DNA of 32,000 nucleotides from Mycobacterium leprae TN (lineage in GTDB: Bacteria > Actinomycetota > Actinomycetes > Mycobacteriales > Mycobacteriaceae): NCBI RefSeq assembly GCF_000195855.1, contig NC_002677.1:1590001-1622000 (forward strand), in the 5' to 3' direction. Below the pieces are notes generated by a model. It ran no database searches. It was not told the origin of the DNA and saw only the letters and a list, made by a program, of their open reading frames with translations. Shown one piece after another: positions 19,122 to 29,873 of the stretch; within the stretch, counting starts at the first letter, position 1, and each line of letters opens with the position of its first letter. Both the position numbers and the translations under genes were made by a program.

Positions 19122-19347
19122 CGATTTACTGCTGAGCATTCTGGTGTGCCCAGCTGACCGGGGGCCCTTGGTGTTGGTTGACCAAGGCTATGGGGCAGGT
19201 GGCCAATCGTTCTACAACCCGCGACTGCGGCGTGCCTATCGCATCGACGACGGCATTCCGGTGCTGTTGGTCGACGAAGCCCGCGATGTAGACGACGACG
19301 AGCACGCCCAGCTTATGGTGCAAGCGCCTACGACAGATCCTCAGTGA
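19114..19347 (+). CDS. Trm112-like/UPF0434 small protein (Rv1684 homologue)
   Basis: 77-aa ORF. LLSILVCPADRGPL ... YRIDDGIPVLLVDEAR is the Trm112p-like pattern. Its ATG (19114) overlaps the upstream stop (19119-21) in ATGCTTGA, which suggests translational coupling. Confidence 0.75.
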   Translation: MLDDLLLSILVCPADRGPLVLVDQGYGAGGQSFYNPRLRRAYRIDDGIPVLLVDEARDVDDDEHAQLMVQAPTTDPQ

Positions 19348-19354
19348 GGTAGCG

Positions 19355-19933
19355 CTAGCAAGGTTCGACGGGGCGATTGGTTTGTACATGATCTGTTTGA
19401 CCGGCAGCAACGTGCATGGCTTGATCTTGACGATGTAGCGAGCCATGACGACGTCTATCAACTGTGACGCAACGAACTGGGTGTGGATTTCCGGTCACCG
19501 TCGGGTTGTCGACCCGCGCAACCATTTCCACGGTGACCACTTCCTGCAGAAATGAGTGCGCCAAACTCCCCTCGAAAACCTAGACTAACGACCGTAACGT
19601 TACGATCAACCCCCATACCCAAGGCGGAATCCCAGATTGGCAGCAATAAAATATGGAAACTTGTATCCGATTTACTCGACGAGGGGCCTCCCGCATTGGC
19701 ACGATCACCGCCATGGGATCGATCGGAAAGTGGATCGCACCGGCGAACAGCTACGGCTTAGTACCGAAGTAGTGATGCACCAGGACGGTATCGACTCTGA
19801 TGGCCGCAGCCACCGCCCATATCGATATTCTATCAATATCGTTGTTCGTAAACAGCTCTCGAGCTCTAGTCAAGATGCGTTTATGGGTATCGGAACTTCC
19901 GGAGGGTCGCCTGTGTTTTGGGTTGGTGGTCAA
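19355..19933 (-). pseudogene. TetR-family regulator pseudogene (Rv1685c-like)
   Basis: The N-terminal HTH is intact: THKRILTRARELFTNNDIDRISIWAVAAAIRVDTVLVHHYFGTK. A premature stop follows at 19751. The remaining approximately 130 codons exist only as out-of-frame pieces down to about 19355. Confidence 0.65.
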
Positions 19934-19937
19934 CGTG

Positions 19938-20640
19938 CTAAGGCATCGAGTGTTTCAGTGTTATCGCAGCTAGAAACAACGATATTAGCACGAAACCTAT
20001 CACGACGATGATGTCGTGCACTGCGATGTGGGCCAGTTCGGAATGTGCACGTACTTGCTGCAAGGCATTCAATGCGTAGCTGACCAGCATCACGTTGCTG
20101 ATCCATTGCAGCCAGAGCACCATCAACATTCGTGGCACTATGATGCTGGCCAACAGCAATTGGGGAACCATCACCAATTAGGTTAATTGCACGGCCTTAA
20201 AATCCGGACGGGCGAAAGTGCTAAACAGCAATCCTGAGTCGATACCAAGCATCGCGTTGACGATTGCGATCACGAATATCCATACAGGGCTTCCTGCGGA
20301 ATCAAAACCGAGCAACCAAAACGACGATGCATGCCACGACAGCTTGGGTAACCGCGGCAATCGAGAATACGGTCCTGTAGGTGAGCAGCAGATTGAGCTA
20401 GTGCAGCGGAGTGGTCAGGATGCGCTCCACCGTTCCTGTTGCATTGTGACCGAGGTAGATTATGAACATCACGAAAAACAGGAAAAGGCCCAGCAGGATC
20501 AGACGGGCGTTGTTCAACAGCTACGGGGTTCTTGGATGATGTGGGGGCATTTTCGAACATGAAGTACATCAGCGTGATTACCAAGATCGGCACCAACAAG
20601 ATCATCGCGATGCTGCGGTGATCGGCGGCAAGCTGTCGCA
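19938..20640 (-). pseudogene. ABC-2 type exporter permease pseudogene (Rv1686c-like)
   Basis: Hydrophobic fragments are split over three frames: MVMVPQLLLASIIVPRMLMVLWLQWISNVMLVSYALNAL...VVIGFVLISLFLAAI; GSPVWIFVIAIVNAMLGIDSGLLFSTF; MILLVPILVITLMYFMFEN. Its stop lies 4 nt from the TetR pseudogene start, as in a former operon. Confidence 0.6.
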
Positions 20641-20649
20641 GAATCCGCG

Positions 20650-21400
20650 TCGTGGTAGCGGCGTAAGTCTAGACGGATCCTATCCGATTTGGGGAGCGGT
20701 GCTGTGTTTGCTGATGGACAGAAACGCTTCCTTCAGTGATGTGCATCCGGCGTCCTCTCTGAGTCGGTCTGGGCTGGTGCGGGCGATCAGATGGTCGTCA
20801 CGCATCAGCAACGGGTCACCACAGTGGTCGGATTCATCCATCACATGGCTGGAGACCAGCAGCGTGGTGCCGGCGTGCGTCAGGTCGATGAAATACTCCC
20901 AAATATCCACTCGCAGTATGTGATTCAAGAATAACATCGGTTCATCGAGCACGAGCAGCGCAGGCTGACAGACTAGGGCGCACGCCAATGACACTCTGGT
21001 GCACTGAATGTCGGAGTGGTTGCTGCAGAACGCCGCTCGATTATTCGTCAACCTAACCCGCTCGATGGCGACATCAGCGGCGTGGCTATCGAAGCCAGAC
21101 AGCGCGGTGAAGTAGTGCACATTATCGATGATGCGTAGATCGTGGGATCCTGCGGCATATTATCCGACTTGACGGCATAATGCCACGCATCCGTCCCGTT
21201 TACCCAGTACGGTGACGGTTCCTTTGGAGTGGCCGGTCACGGTCTGGGTGCCGGCGATGCAACACATCAGTGTGGTCTTACCGCAGCGGGATGGACCAAG
21301 CAGACCGATGAGGCTGCTGTCCTGGGCGATATCTACTTAGAAATTGTGCAGGGCTGGACTTTTGCAGCGAAATCACCAGCAGGTGCTTGATGCTTACGAC
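20650..21400 (-). pseudogene. ABC transporter ATP-binding subunit pseudogene (Rv1687c-like)
   Basis: Walker B and H-loop are readable (QPALLVLDEP, TTLLVSSHVMDE). The signature motif is degraded (SNHSD for LSGGQ). A Walker A remnant, GLLGPSRCGKT (about 21270-21300), sits in another frame and is separated by stops. Confidence 0.7.
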
Positions 21401-21552
21401 TGGTGTCGCGCTATCTCACTGAGGTTAATTCATCGTGCGATGAATTCTGTCTCCTAACACGGAGTTGTCAAGAGCCACGGCGTGGTGGTGGTAATCCGCT
21501 GCGCGCAACTCCGCTGCGCTTGCGATCACCACGGCGGTGCAAAATCTGTGCC

Positions 21553-22164
21553 GTGAGTGCTGACCAATTGGTTGTTGACCCGGTTGTTGCCGCGCATCGA
21601 CTACTCGGTGCCACCATCACCGGCCGGGGAGTGTGTGCCATCGTCGTTGAGGTGGAGGCGTACGGTGGGGTTCCCGACGGTCCCTGGCCCGACGCCGCCG
21701 CCCACTCCTACCACGGCCGGAACGACCGTAACGCTGTGATGTTTGGGCCGCCCGGCCGACTCTACACTTACTGTAGCCACGGCATCCATGTATGCGCCAA
21801 TGTCTCGTGTGGACCGGATGGGACGGCTGCCGCAGTCCTTATTCGGGCCGGTGCTCTCGAGAACGGCGCCGACGTCGCCCGGTCTCGGCGCGGCGCGTCA
21901 GTCCGTACTGTTGCGTTAGCGCGTGGACCCGGAAATCTGTGCTCTGCTTTAGGAATTACTATGGATGACAACGGTATTGATGTATTTGCTGCTGACAGCC
22001 CGGTGACATTGGTCCTCAATGAGGCTCAGGAAGCGATGTCGGGTCCACGTGTTGGAATCAGTCACGCAGCCGACCGACCCTGGCGATTGTGGCTGCCGGG
22101 CCGACCCGAAGTCTCGACTTATCGTCGAAGTCCCCGAGCTCCGGCTCCCGGTGCTAGCGACTAG
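21553..22164 (+). CDS. mpg: 3-methyladenine DNA glycosylase (AAG/Mpg family; Rv1688 homologue)
   Basis: From GTG 21553: [70 protein letters not shown]...ARGPGNLC. This gives 203 aa, equal to the Mtb length as I recall it. The track ORF start (21403) adds 50 non-homologous codons that run into the divergent ABC pseudogene region. Confidence 0.85.
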   Translation: MSADQLVVDPVVAAHRLLGATITGRGVCAIVVEVEAYGGVPDGPWPDAAAHSYHGRNDRNAVMFGPPGRLYTYCSHGIHVCANVSCGPDGTAAAVLIRAGALENGADVARSRRGASVRTVALARGPGNLCSALGITMDDNGIDVFAADSPVTLVLNEAQEAMSGPRVGISHAADRPWRLWLPGRPEVSTYRRSPRAPAPGASD

Positions 22165-22174
22165 CCTCTTTTGG

Positions 22175-23455
22175 GTGTCTTCCAGCATCCTTAACGAGCT
22201 GGGCTGGCGTGGGTTGGTCGCGCAGTCCACTGACCTCGATGCTCTAGCCGACGAGTTGCGGCGTGGACCGATGACAGTCTACGCCGGTTTCGACCCCACC
22301 GCGCCGAGCCTGCATGTCGGACACTTGGTGCCGCTGCTGGTATTGCGGCGCTTTCAACGAGCCGGCCACCGGCCAATCGTGCTAGCGGGCGGGGCAACCG
22401 GCATGATTGGTGATCCGCGCGACATCGGTGAGCGCACCCTCAACGAGGCGTACACCGTCGCCGAATGGGCCGAGCGAATCCGCGGACAGCTGGAGCGTTT
22501 CGTCGAATTCGACGATGTCGCGAAGTCTAGGAACGGCGCCATCGTTGTCAACAACCTGGAATGGACGAGCCCGATGTCGGCGATCGAGTTCTTGCGCGAT
22601 GTCGGCAAACACTTTTCGATCAACTTGATGCTAGATCGGGACACAATCCGGCGACGGTTGAATGGCCAAGGGATTTCTTACACGGAGTTCAGCTACATGC
22701 TGTTGCAAGCCAACGATTATGCTGAATTGCATCAGCGCCATGGCTGTGCGCTGCAGATCGGCGGTTCGGATCAGTGGGGCAACATCATCGCCGGGGTTCG
22801 CCTGGTGCGACAAAAGCTCGGCGCCACAGTGCATGCGCTCACAGTCCCGCTGGTGACCGCTGCCGATGGCGCCAAGCTCGGCAAATCCACCGGAGGTGGC
22901 AGTTTATGGTTGGACCCAGAGATGACCAGCCCGTACGCCTGGTACCAATACTTCATCAACACCTCCGACGCTGATGTCATTCGGTACCTGCGTTGGTTCA
23001 CTTTTTTGTTGCCCGAAGAACTGGTCGAGCTGGAGCAGACGACGGTCTCACGCCCACAGGAACGTGCTGCACAACGTCGACTCGCCACCGAGCTCACGGT
23101 TTTGGTGCATGGCGCAGCGGCAACCCAGGCTGTTGAGCATGCCAGCAGGGCATTGTTCGGTCAGGGCGAACTTGCTCGCCTTGACGAAGCGACGTTGGCG
23201 ACGGCATTGCGCGAGACAGTGGTCGCTGAGCTGAAACCCGGCAATCCCGATGGTATTGTCGATCTGTTGGTGGCCAGCGGTCTGTCCCCTAGCAGGGGTG
23301 CGGCGCGGCGCACTATCGATGAAGGCGGGGTGTTGGTCAACAACATTCGCATCCAGAGCGAGGAATGGACGCCCCGGACATCGGATTTCCTGCACGGCCG
23401 CTGGCTGGTGCTGCGCCGTGGCAAGCGGAACATCGCCGGGATAGAAAGAGTATAG
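22175..23455 (+). CDS. tyrS: Tyrosyl-tRNA synthetase
   Basis: HIGH-type motif [16 protein letters not shown]-type [14 protein letters not shown], and a C-terminal S4-like domain ([16 protein letters not shown]). The start is set at in-frame GTG 22175 ([17 protein letters not shown]...), 10 nt after the mpg stop, giving 426 aa. The track start (22019) would overlap mpg by 146 nt. Confidence 0.93.
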   Translation: MSSSILNELGWRGLVAQSTDLDALADELRRGPMTVYAGFDPTAPSLHVGHLVPLLVLRRFQRAGHRPIVLAGGATGMIGDPRDIGERTLNEAYTVAEWAERIRGQLERFVEFDDVAKSRNGAIVVNNLEWTSPMSAIEFLRDVGKHFSINLMLDRDTIRRRLNGQGISYTEFSYMLLQANDYAELHQRHGCALQIGGSDQWGNIIAGVRLVRQKLGATVHALTVPLVTAADGAKLGKSTGGGSLWLDPEMTSPYAWYQYFINTSDADVIRYLRWFTFLLPEELVELEQTTVSRPQERAAQRRLATELTVLVHGAAATQAVEHASRALFGQGELARLDEATLATALRETVVAELKPGNPDGIVDLLVASGLSPSRGAARRTIDEGGVLVNNIRIQSEEWTPRTSDFLHGRWLVLRRGKRNIAGIERV

Positions 23456-24589
23456 CACGGGTTGGGTGATCGCTAGTTTACTAGGCCCCAGATAGCCCGA
23501 TTTGGATGGTCGGCAGCTGGTTGTCCACGGCAGCTACAGCGGGCGGGGCGGTGGCAGCGTAGAACCAGTTCTTGGTAATCAGGTTACGCTTAGCCATCTC
23601 TATTTGGTACACTAAGCCCCGTCGCGAGCTGAACAGGCGCCTGAAGTTGAGTAGCGCCGGGGTGTGGCACGTTGGATGCGGTTTATGGCTAAGCTAGGCG
23701 GTTGCGTAATGGCCGGCGCCTGGGTGTTCATGGCGCGCTATTCGGGCCAGTTTCAGGTGAGTCGCCCAGCAGGTTGAGGAGGTGCTGGATGCCGGGAAGC
23801 GACCGGATGAACACGAGGGTACGAGTGGTTGAGTCGTGTCGAGATCTCAACGGGGTCGTCGGCCAGGCTCTATGTTTTTCTCGGTTGTGAACCACTGCGC
23901 CCTGACGGTTTCGGGAAAGCTGAGATTCGTCGATAATGCCGGTGGCCAGCGCATGGTGGTGAACAACCATTGCCAGCGTACGTTGGTAGCGGTCGGCGGT
24001 TATCTTTTGGTGACGGCTTGGTAAGTGCGTTAGCGAACTATGCCGGGCTCGTCGGCGGGGTACTTCAGTGGTCAGTATCAAGCAGCAGCCTGCTCTAGCG
24101 CAGGCGAGTAGGCTGGCCGGTCAGTCGTGCATAAGTTCAGCATTGACCAGACATCCACGTCGACGATATCGACAAGGGATTCGCCCCTGTCGGGGGTTGC
24201 TATGGCAACGAGAGTTGGTGGGGCCCACCGTTGGCGTCACCGTTCCGATCAGACCGTCGGAGGTGACCGGTTCGCACCGCGACCGCCCCCTGACCACTGA
24301 CGATCGCATACAGGGCAAGCACTGCATCAGCGTGTTTCAATGTCGCCCCACACCGATCGTAGCTGGTTGGCCAGGCTGGCGGCTATATCGGCGCCGACAA
24401 AGTCTAGTAGACTGTTCCAAGTCTGTATGGTGAACGGTATGGTGCGAGCCATTTCGATAAGCTTGCCGGCCAAAGGGCTGAAAGTAATACTAGAAATTGA
24501 CGGTCTGCGCCACTGTTCGACGGATATTTCCACCGCATCGACTAACACTTTAAATACCTGTCTTCGGAATCTCCATGCATCATGCCTAC

Positions 24590-24800
24590 CTCGTCGTCGG
24601 CTTCTATCAACCTGTCTATAGTATCCCTCGTAGACTTAAGCTGTAGCCCTGCAGCCCAAACGTATACAACTCAGCGGTGCGTAACACACCCAATGCTAAC
24701 AGAATCGACCACTCCCACTCCGCCGGCGATCAGGGCCAGCAATTCCCTTTGCCGCACTGATAGGCTACCGAGATAGATAAGAGCCTGTCGATGACGAGCA
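24590..24800 (-). pseudogene. Remnant of a LuxR/NarL-type helix-turn-helix domain
   Basis: The minus strand reads LGSLSVRQRELLALIAGG (cf. LT.RE.EVL.L.A.G), followed after a stop and frame change by degraded HTH-like sequence. No intact partner domain was found. Confidence 0.3.
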
Positions 24801-26059
24801 TTGTCGTCAGGCTGCAAGCTGTACGACAATGCTCGTCCGAACACAATCTGTGTCACCACTTCGTGATTGGTAACAGTAGCTCGGATGTCGGCGACATTGA
24901 ACAGTGGGATTCGCTGCGACGATGATCTGTAGCTGGGTGATCATGCTCGACTCTTCGAGCGGGACTTGGAGCAGCCATGAGAGCGAAGATAATTAAATTA
25001 AGTAGGGTCGTTATCGATGACCTTCACGACTGGAACGCAGCCGTTGGCTAAGTCACATATCAACGACTGACCAACAAGGTTTGGTATGAGATGGGTCGTA
25101 CGGCTTGCGTAGAGGGAATTCCGAGATCGTCGAGCTAGGCTCAGTCGGAGACGCTGGTGATGCCAGCAGTTTTCAGCAGAAGTTGAACGGCCAGCCAGGT
25201 TTGCTTGGGGAGATGATGCTGTGGGTGCCCGATCAGTGGGCAATTAGCGTGGAGTCGCCATTCCCCAATACCCCTGCTGGCCAATGTAGCCAATTTGTCC
25301 ACATTGGCTCCGTGGCGTCGAATCGGTGGAATTTCGAAGTAGTAAGTTACGTTAACTGAGTTGGCGTTGGCGCGTTAGAAGATTACAGAGTTTCTCCGAG
25401 CGATTAATCGTTGTTGTCGTGGAGATGAGATTCAGTGGGGAGGCATCTAAAATTGGGGTGAGGGGGCTAGGAGACCCCCGCTGGGTTCTATATATCAACT
25501 GGGAGGTGTGCACAATATCGAACTCGCACTCTATCAAAGTGGTCGATGCCTCCAATCTCTATCCCGCGACACATTGAGTGGGATAGAGATTCTGCTGATG
25601 TCCTTCTCGAGGCATAGTTTTCGGGTTTTTCCACTGGGCTGCTATCCCACAAATTGCTGGGGTACAGAAAGAAATTCGAGTCCCGCATCGAGGGATCAAT
25701 TTATCATCCGATTGAGGACAATCCCACAGAATTTCCCACATACACCCATGGCCGTCCGGCCTGCAATTGGTGACTGTCTTTCTTTTAGTATGAACCGATA
25801 ATCTCCGTCGGCTCCATAATGGTTTAGTGATCACGCGCGTAGCGCGGTACCAAAACGCGCTAGTGTGCAAAATGTATCTTGTTGTGTTGTAGGTATAAGC
25901 TCATGTCAATCACTGTTTTTATGTGCTTTTGTACAACAAAGGTGCACAGCTCATGCTCAATAGGCTGTGAGTGTAAATGATTGTAGAGAAATCAGGTTAA
26001 CCATAGCGGGACTACCAATGCTCAGCGGCAAATCTGTCCCGAGGCGTGTGTACAGTGGT

Positions 26060-26816
26060 GGTAACCCATGCGTAATTGCGGAGCCTTTGCACATAACCTC
26101 TAGGGCAAAATCTCAGAAGCGTTTTGAGGTGAATTATAAGCATGGTCGGCGAACAGGCATGGTTGCAGGGGTGCGCGACCGACCGTGCCCGGAATCCGGC
26201 GACGTGCAGCAGGGCAGACCACCTGGCGAGCGGGAGGTGGGAGGTTTCCCGGTCAGGCCCGGATCGTACGTGTCCAGTCCAGCCGCAAGGCACTGCCCCC
26301 GGCGGCGATCCGGAAGCCGCCCTAAGCCATGCCCGCCGGCTCGAGCCCACGCCAGCAGGATCGCCGCGATTTGCGCGGCTGTCGAAATCGCCTCCTAACA
26401 GTACGGCGGTTGGGCCCATGCATTGGCCGAGTTGCACGCTGCCCGCAGAATGGGCAGTAAGTCTGCGTTGATTGCTGATTGCGGACGTGACCTTGGCCGT
26501 CCACAGTAGGCGATCGAGTTAGCTCTGAGCCCGACGCCGCCCAGCTCGGTGACGATGACGCTGACGAGTTTGAATATCTTCACCGGTGCGTGAGCCGGTC
26601 TTGGACAGCTTGAGCAAGCGCTGACGGTGTTGTTCATGTTGTAGCTGGACTCGGGCCATATCGGCACCACGGCTTCGCGGTCATTCTACGCTTACGCCGA
26701 CACGTTGCTAGTACCCGGTCGCGGCGACGAAGCGATGCACTGGTTCCATACTGTCCGCGATCGTTGCTGTCGAAGATGTCATCGACGCCGAAGATCGGGT
26801 AAGCGAGCTGGGCTAA
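26060..26816 (+). pseudogene. Rv1691-like conserved hypothetical (TPR-like) pseudogene
   Basis: Plus-strand fragments: YGGWAHALAELHAARRMGSKSALIADCGRDLGRPQ*, AIELALSP, GLGQLEQALTVL, FYAYADTLLVPGRGDEAMHWFH, ...DAEDRVSELG, stop at 26814-16. Its position upstream of the HAD phosphatase remnant fits the Mtb order. The assignment rests on positional logic plus weak motif memory. Confidence 0.4.
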
Positions 26817-26858
26817 AATGACAAGCTGATAAAAAATGATATACTAACAATTTTAAAT

Positions 26859-26894
26859 ATTGATTCAGTAAACATGGCTGTTTACTGAATCAAT
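26859..26894. repeat. Perfect hairpin: 16-bp arms, 4-nt loop
   Basis: ATTGATTCAGTAAACA (26859-74), TGGC loop, TGTTTACTGAATCAAT (26879-94). The arms are exact reverse complements. It is embedded in a strikingly AT-rich patch (26817-26880). Confidence 0.9.
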
Positions 26895-27908
26895 CTGGAC
26901 GGCACGGTGTTTCTCGGCCGTCAGTTCACCGACGGTGCGGTGCAGTCGTTAGGTGAGGTGGTAAGTCACACCACTGTTTGCCACTGAAGCAACGCGTACC
27001 GTAGCGCTGATGAGGTTGCGGTTTACCTGCACGAACTCGGCTTTACCGTCATCGGTGACTGACGTGGTGACCAGTGCCCAGAGCGCGGTCCACCTGCTAG
27101 CCAAGAAGTTACCGCCGGGTTCGCCGGCGCTACGCTAATCGTGGGCACCGACTCGCTGACCAATGAAACCAATGAAATTGTCGCCGTCGGGCTGCGTGAA
27201 CTCCGACGGTGGGAGGACAAACCCGTCGTCGTTGTCCACGGGCACTCGCCTAACCACCGGTTGGCCCGATCTTGCTGAGTCACGTTGGCCATCCTGGACG
27301 GTGTCCAATGCGTGGCAGCCAACATGGGGGCACCCCTTCTGTTCACCTAGCGAAGCCTGCTGCCCGGTAACAGCTCTATGGTGGCCGTCCTGCAGACGGC
27401 CACCGGTGTACCCTCCCGGGTGGCGGGCAAGCCAGCACCCAGATTGCTGACCGATGCGGTGGCCACGGGGCGCTTTCCGCGCGCCCTTGGCGGCCGGTGA
27501 CAAGTTGGACATCGACATCGAGGACGTTATACCGCGTAGTTGCCCAGTTTGATGGTGCTCACCGGGGTTAACACTCGGTGGGATGTAGTGTACGCTAAAA
27601 TTGCTCATAGGCCCATCCGGGCACGACTTGCGTTCACTATGCCGGCTTCGCCAATTGTCTCGTGGTGGGGCTGTGCTCGGTTTACCGTGTCGACAGACAT
27701 CGACGACGGGTCGGTAAACGGTCAACGGCAATGGCAACCGCCGGGGATATGGATGGGGTCTCCCACGGTTCGTGTCGTCATAGTCAGCGCGGTACGGGAT
27801 GTGCATTTAAAGAGATGCCTGTTGCGCATCGAGGCCGGCGACGACCGGCTCGCGACGCGTTACATCACTGGTCCCTTGTGTGGCACGATGAGACGGTTAC
27901 TAGCGTAG
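26886..27908 (+). pseudogene. HAD-IIA (NagD-like) phosphatase pseudogene (Rv1692-like)
   Basis: INLDGTVFLGRQFTDGAVQSLGEV (HAD motif I, DxDGT), then a stop near 26985. Later fragments: AGKPAPRLLTDAVATGRF, SLMVLTGVNTRWDVVYA. Multiple stops and frame changes. The 223-aa minus ORF (27135..27806) is its antisense shadow. Confidence 0.65.
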
Positions 27909-27915
27909 GAACGCA

Positions 27916-28101
27916 ATGACTATCGATCCTGATCAGATTCGCGCCGAAATCGATGCCCTGCTTGCCCAGCTGCCTGACTTCGCCGACTTAGAAGACTCGG
28001 TAAGCGGGCTATCTCTTGCCCAGCTCGAAGAGGTAGCGCTCCGTTTTTCCGAGGTGCATTCCGTGCTGTTGCAGGCTCTAGAGTCAGCGGAGAAGGGTTG
28101 A
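27916..28101 (+). CDS. Small acidic helical conserved protein (Rv1693-like), first gene of the tlyA cluster
   Basis: Intact 61-aa ORF (MTIDPDQIRAEIDALLAQLP...LQALESAEKG). It ends 7 nt before the tlyA GTG. Its last codons contain AGAAGGG (28090-97), a plausible ribosome-binding site for tlyA. The position equals that of the Mtb 58-aa Rv1693, as I recall. Confidence 0.65.
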   Translation: MTIDPDQIRAEIDALLAQLPDFADLEDSVSGLSLAQLEEVALRFSEVHSVLLQALESAEKG

Positions 28102-28108
28102 CTGCATC

Positions 28109-28918
28109 GTGGCCCGACGTGTCCGCGTTGATGTTGAGCTGGTCCGACGTGGCCTTGCGCGGTCCCGTCAACAGGCCGCGAAATTGATAAGCGCCGGTAA
28201 GGTTAGCATCGACGGTTTGCCGGCGGTCAAGCCGAGCACCGCCGTGGCCATAACCACGGTCTTGACCGTCGCGGACGATGGTGAGCGTAGTTGGGTGTCG
28301 CGCGGAGCGCACAAACTTATGGGTGCGCTTGACACTTTCGGGATCCCGGTCGCGGGGCGTTGCTGCCTTGACGCTGGCGCGTCCACGGGTGGATTTACTG
28401 AAGTTCTGCTGGATCGCGGGGCCGCCGAGGTGGTAGCTGTGGATGTGGGGTACGGTCAGCTGGCCTGGTCGGTGCGCTGCGATCCGCGCGTGATCGTTGT
28501 CGAACGGACCAATGTGCACGACTTGTCACCCGAGCTGATCGGCGGGCCGGTTGATTTGGTGGTGGCTGACCTGTCGTTCATTTCATTAGCCACCGTCTTG
28601 TCGGCGCTGGCTGGCTGCGCATTACCGAGCGCGGATATCGTTCCCATGGTGAAGCCGCAGTTTGAGGTGGGCAAGGGTCAGGTGGGTCCCGGCGGGGTGG
28701 TTCGCGACCTGCGGCTTCGAGCAGATTCGGTTCTGGCCGTCGCGCGTCGTGCGACAGAGCTCGGATGGCGCACCATGGATGTGACTGCCAGCTCGCTACC
28801 GGGTCTGTCAGGCAACGTCGAATACTTCCTGTGGCTACGCGCTCAGACCGATCTGGAGCTCTCGACCGATGGGCTGGAGGCAGCCGTGCAACGTGCCATC
28901 GCAGAAGGCCCGCAGTGA
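28109..28918 (+). CDS. tlyA: TlyA: rRNA 2'-O-methyltransferase/haemolysin-like protein
   Basis: GTG start. N-terminal S4 domain ([24 protein letters not shown]). FtsJ-type SAM motif [16 protein letters not shown]. Also [11 protein letters not shown] and ADLSFISL. 269 aa. Confidence 0.9.
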   Translation: MARRVRVDVELVRRGLARSRQQAAKLISAGKVSIDGLPAVKPSTAVAITTVLTVADDGERSWVSRGAHKLMGALDTFGIPVAGRCCLDAGASTGGFTEVLLDRGAAEVVAVDVGYGQLAWSVRCDPRVIVVERTNVHDLSPELIGGPVDLVVADLSFISLATVLSALAGCALPSADIVPMVKPQFEVGKGQVGPGGVVRDLRLRADSVLAVARRATELGWRTMDVTASSLPGLSGNVEYFLWLRAQTDLELSTDGLEAAVQRAIAEGPQ

Positions 28919-29850
28919 CTCCTCGCAAGGCGGCGCAACGGACTGTGTTGCTGGTCGTCCACACCGGACGTGACGAAGCAACCGAGACGGCTCGGCGTGT
29001 AAAGAAAATTGTGGGCGACAATGGAATTGCACTTCGGGTGTTATCTGCTGAGGCGGTCGATAGGGGATCGCTGCATCTTGCTCTCGACAATATGCGTGCA
29101 ATGGGTGTTGATATCGAGGTGGTTGACGCTGACCCGCACGTTGCCCAGGGTTGCGAACTGGTGCTGGTGCTAGGTGGTGATGGCACCTTCTTACGTGCCG
29201 CTGAGCTGGCTCGCACCGCCCGCATCCCAGTGTTGGGTGTCAACCTGGGACGGATCGGCTTTTTAGCGGAGGCCGAAGCGGAGGCTATTGACGTTGTGCT
29301 GGAGCACGTCATCGCGCGGAGCTACCGCGTGGAGGAGCGCTTAACACTCGACATCGTGGTACGCCAAGGCGGGAACATCATCGATCAGGGGTGGGCACTT
29401 AACGAAGCCAGCTTGGAAAAGGGTCCGCGGCTGGGTGTGCTCGGGGTGGTCGTCGAAATCGAAGGGCGGCCAGTGTCCACGTTCGGTTGCGACGGGGTGT
29501 TGGTATCGACCCCCACGGGATCCACCGCCTATGCGTTCTCGGCAGGTGGTCCGGTGCTATGGCCGGATCTCGAAGCTATCCTGGTGGTCCCCAACAACGC
29601 TCATGCTCTGTTCGGCCGGCCGATGGTCACCAGCCCCGATGCTACCGTGGCAATTGAGCTAGAGGCCAACGGCAACGACGCACTGGTGTTCTGCGACGGT
29701 CGCCGCGAAATGATTATACCGGCCGGCGGACGGCTCGAGGTGACTCGCTGTGCCACACCAGTGAAATGGGCGCGCCTAGATAGCGCGCCGTTCACTGACC
29801 GCTTGGTGAGCAAATTCCGGTTGCCGGTGACCGGTTGGCGCGGGAAGTGA
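28915..29850 (+). CDS. nadK: NAD kinase (PpnK/NadK)
   Basis: GGDGT motif ([14 protein letters not shown]), [31 protein letters not shown]. The start is set at GTG 28915, overlapping the tlyA TGA in GTGA ([22 protein letters not shown]...), giving 311 aa. The track start (28765) lies inside tlyA. Confidence 0.9.
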   Translation: MTPRKAAQRTVLLVVHTGRDEATETARRVKKIVGDNGIALRVLSAEAVDRGSLHLALDNMRAMGVDIEVVDADPHVAQGCELVLVLGGDGTFLRAAELARTARIPVLGVNLGRIGFLAEAEAEAIDVVLEHVIARSYRVEERLTLDIVVRQGGNIIDQGWALNEASLEKGPRLGVLGVVVEIEGRPVSTFGCDGVLVSTPTGSTAYAFSAGGPVLWPDLEAILVVPNNAHALFGRPMVTSPDATVAIELEANGNDALVFCDGRREMIIPAGGRLEVTRCATPVKWARLDSAPFTDRLVSKFRLPVTGWRGK

Positions 29851-29873
29851 TGGCGTTGCCTGGTGCGCACTGA

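Noticed and set aside
21403-21552. Long N-terminal extensions in the ORF track for mpg (21403), tyrS (22019) and nadK (28765)
   Set aside because: Homology begins only at internal GTG codons (21553, 22175, 28915). The extensions overlap the preceding gene or pseudogene and have no family similarity.
23481-23597. 38-aa minus-strand ORF (MAKRNLITKNWFYAATAPPAVAAVDNQLPTIQIGLSGA) convergent on the tyrS 3' end
   Set aside because: It has no convincing ribosome-binding site, no recognisable family, and lies in decayed DNA. It cannot be supported from sequence alone.
27135-27806. 223-aa minus-strand ORF, the longest ORF in the 23.5-27.9 kb region
   Set aside because: It is antisense to readable HAD-phosphatase fragments on the plus strand (GKPAPRLL, LMVLTGV). 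Its composition is shadow-frame-like and it has no recognisable domain.
29700-29873. Search for a LexA/SOS box (GAAC-N4-GTTC type) upstream of recN
   Set aside because: No match was seen by eye in the 23-nt gap or in the end of nadK. This is a negative result only; a profile scan was not possible.
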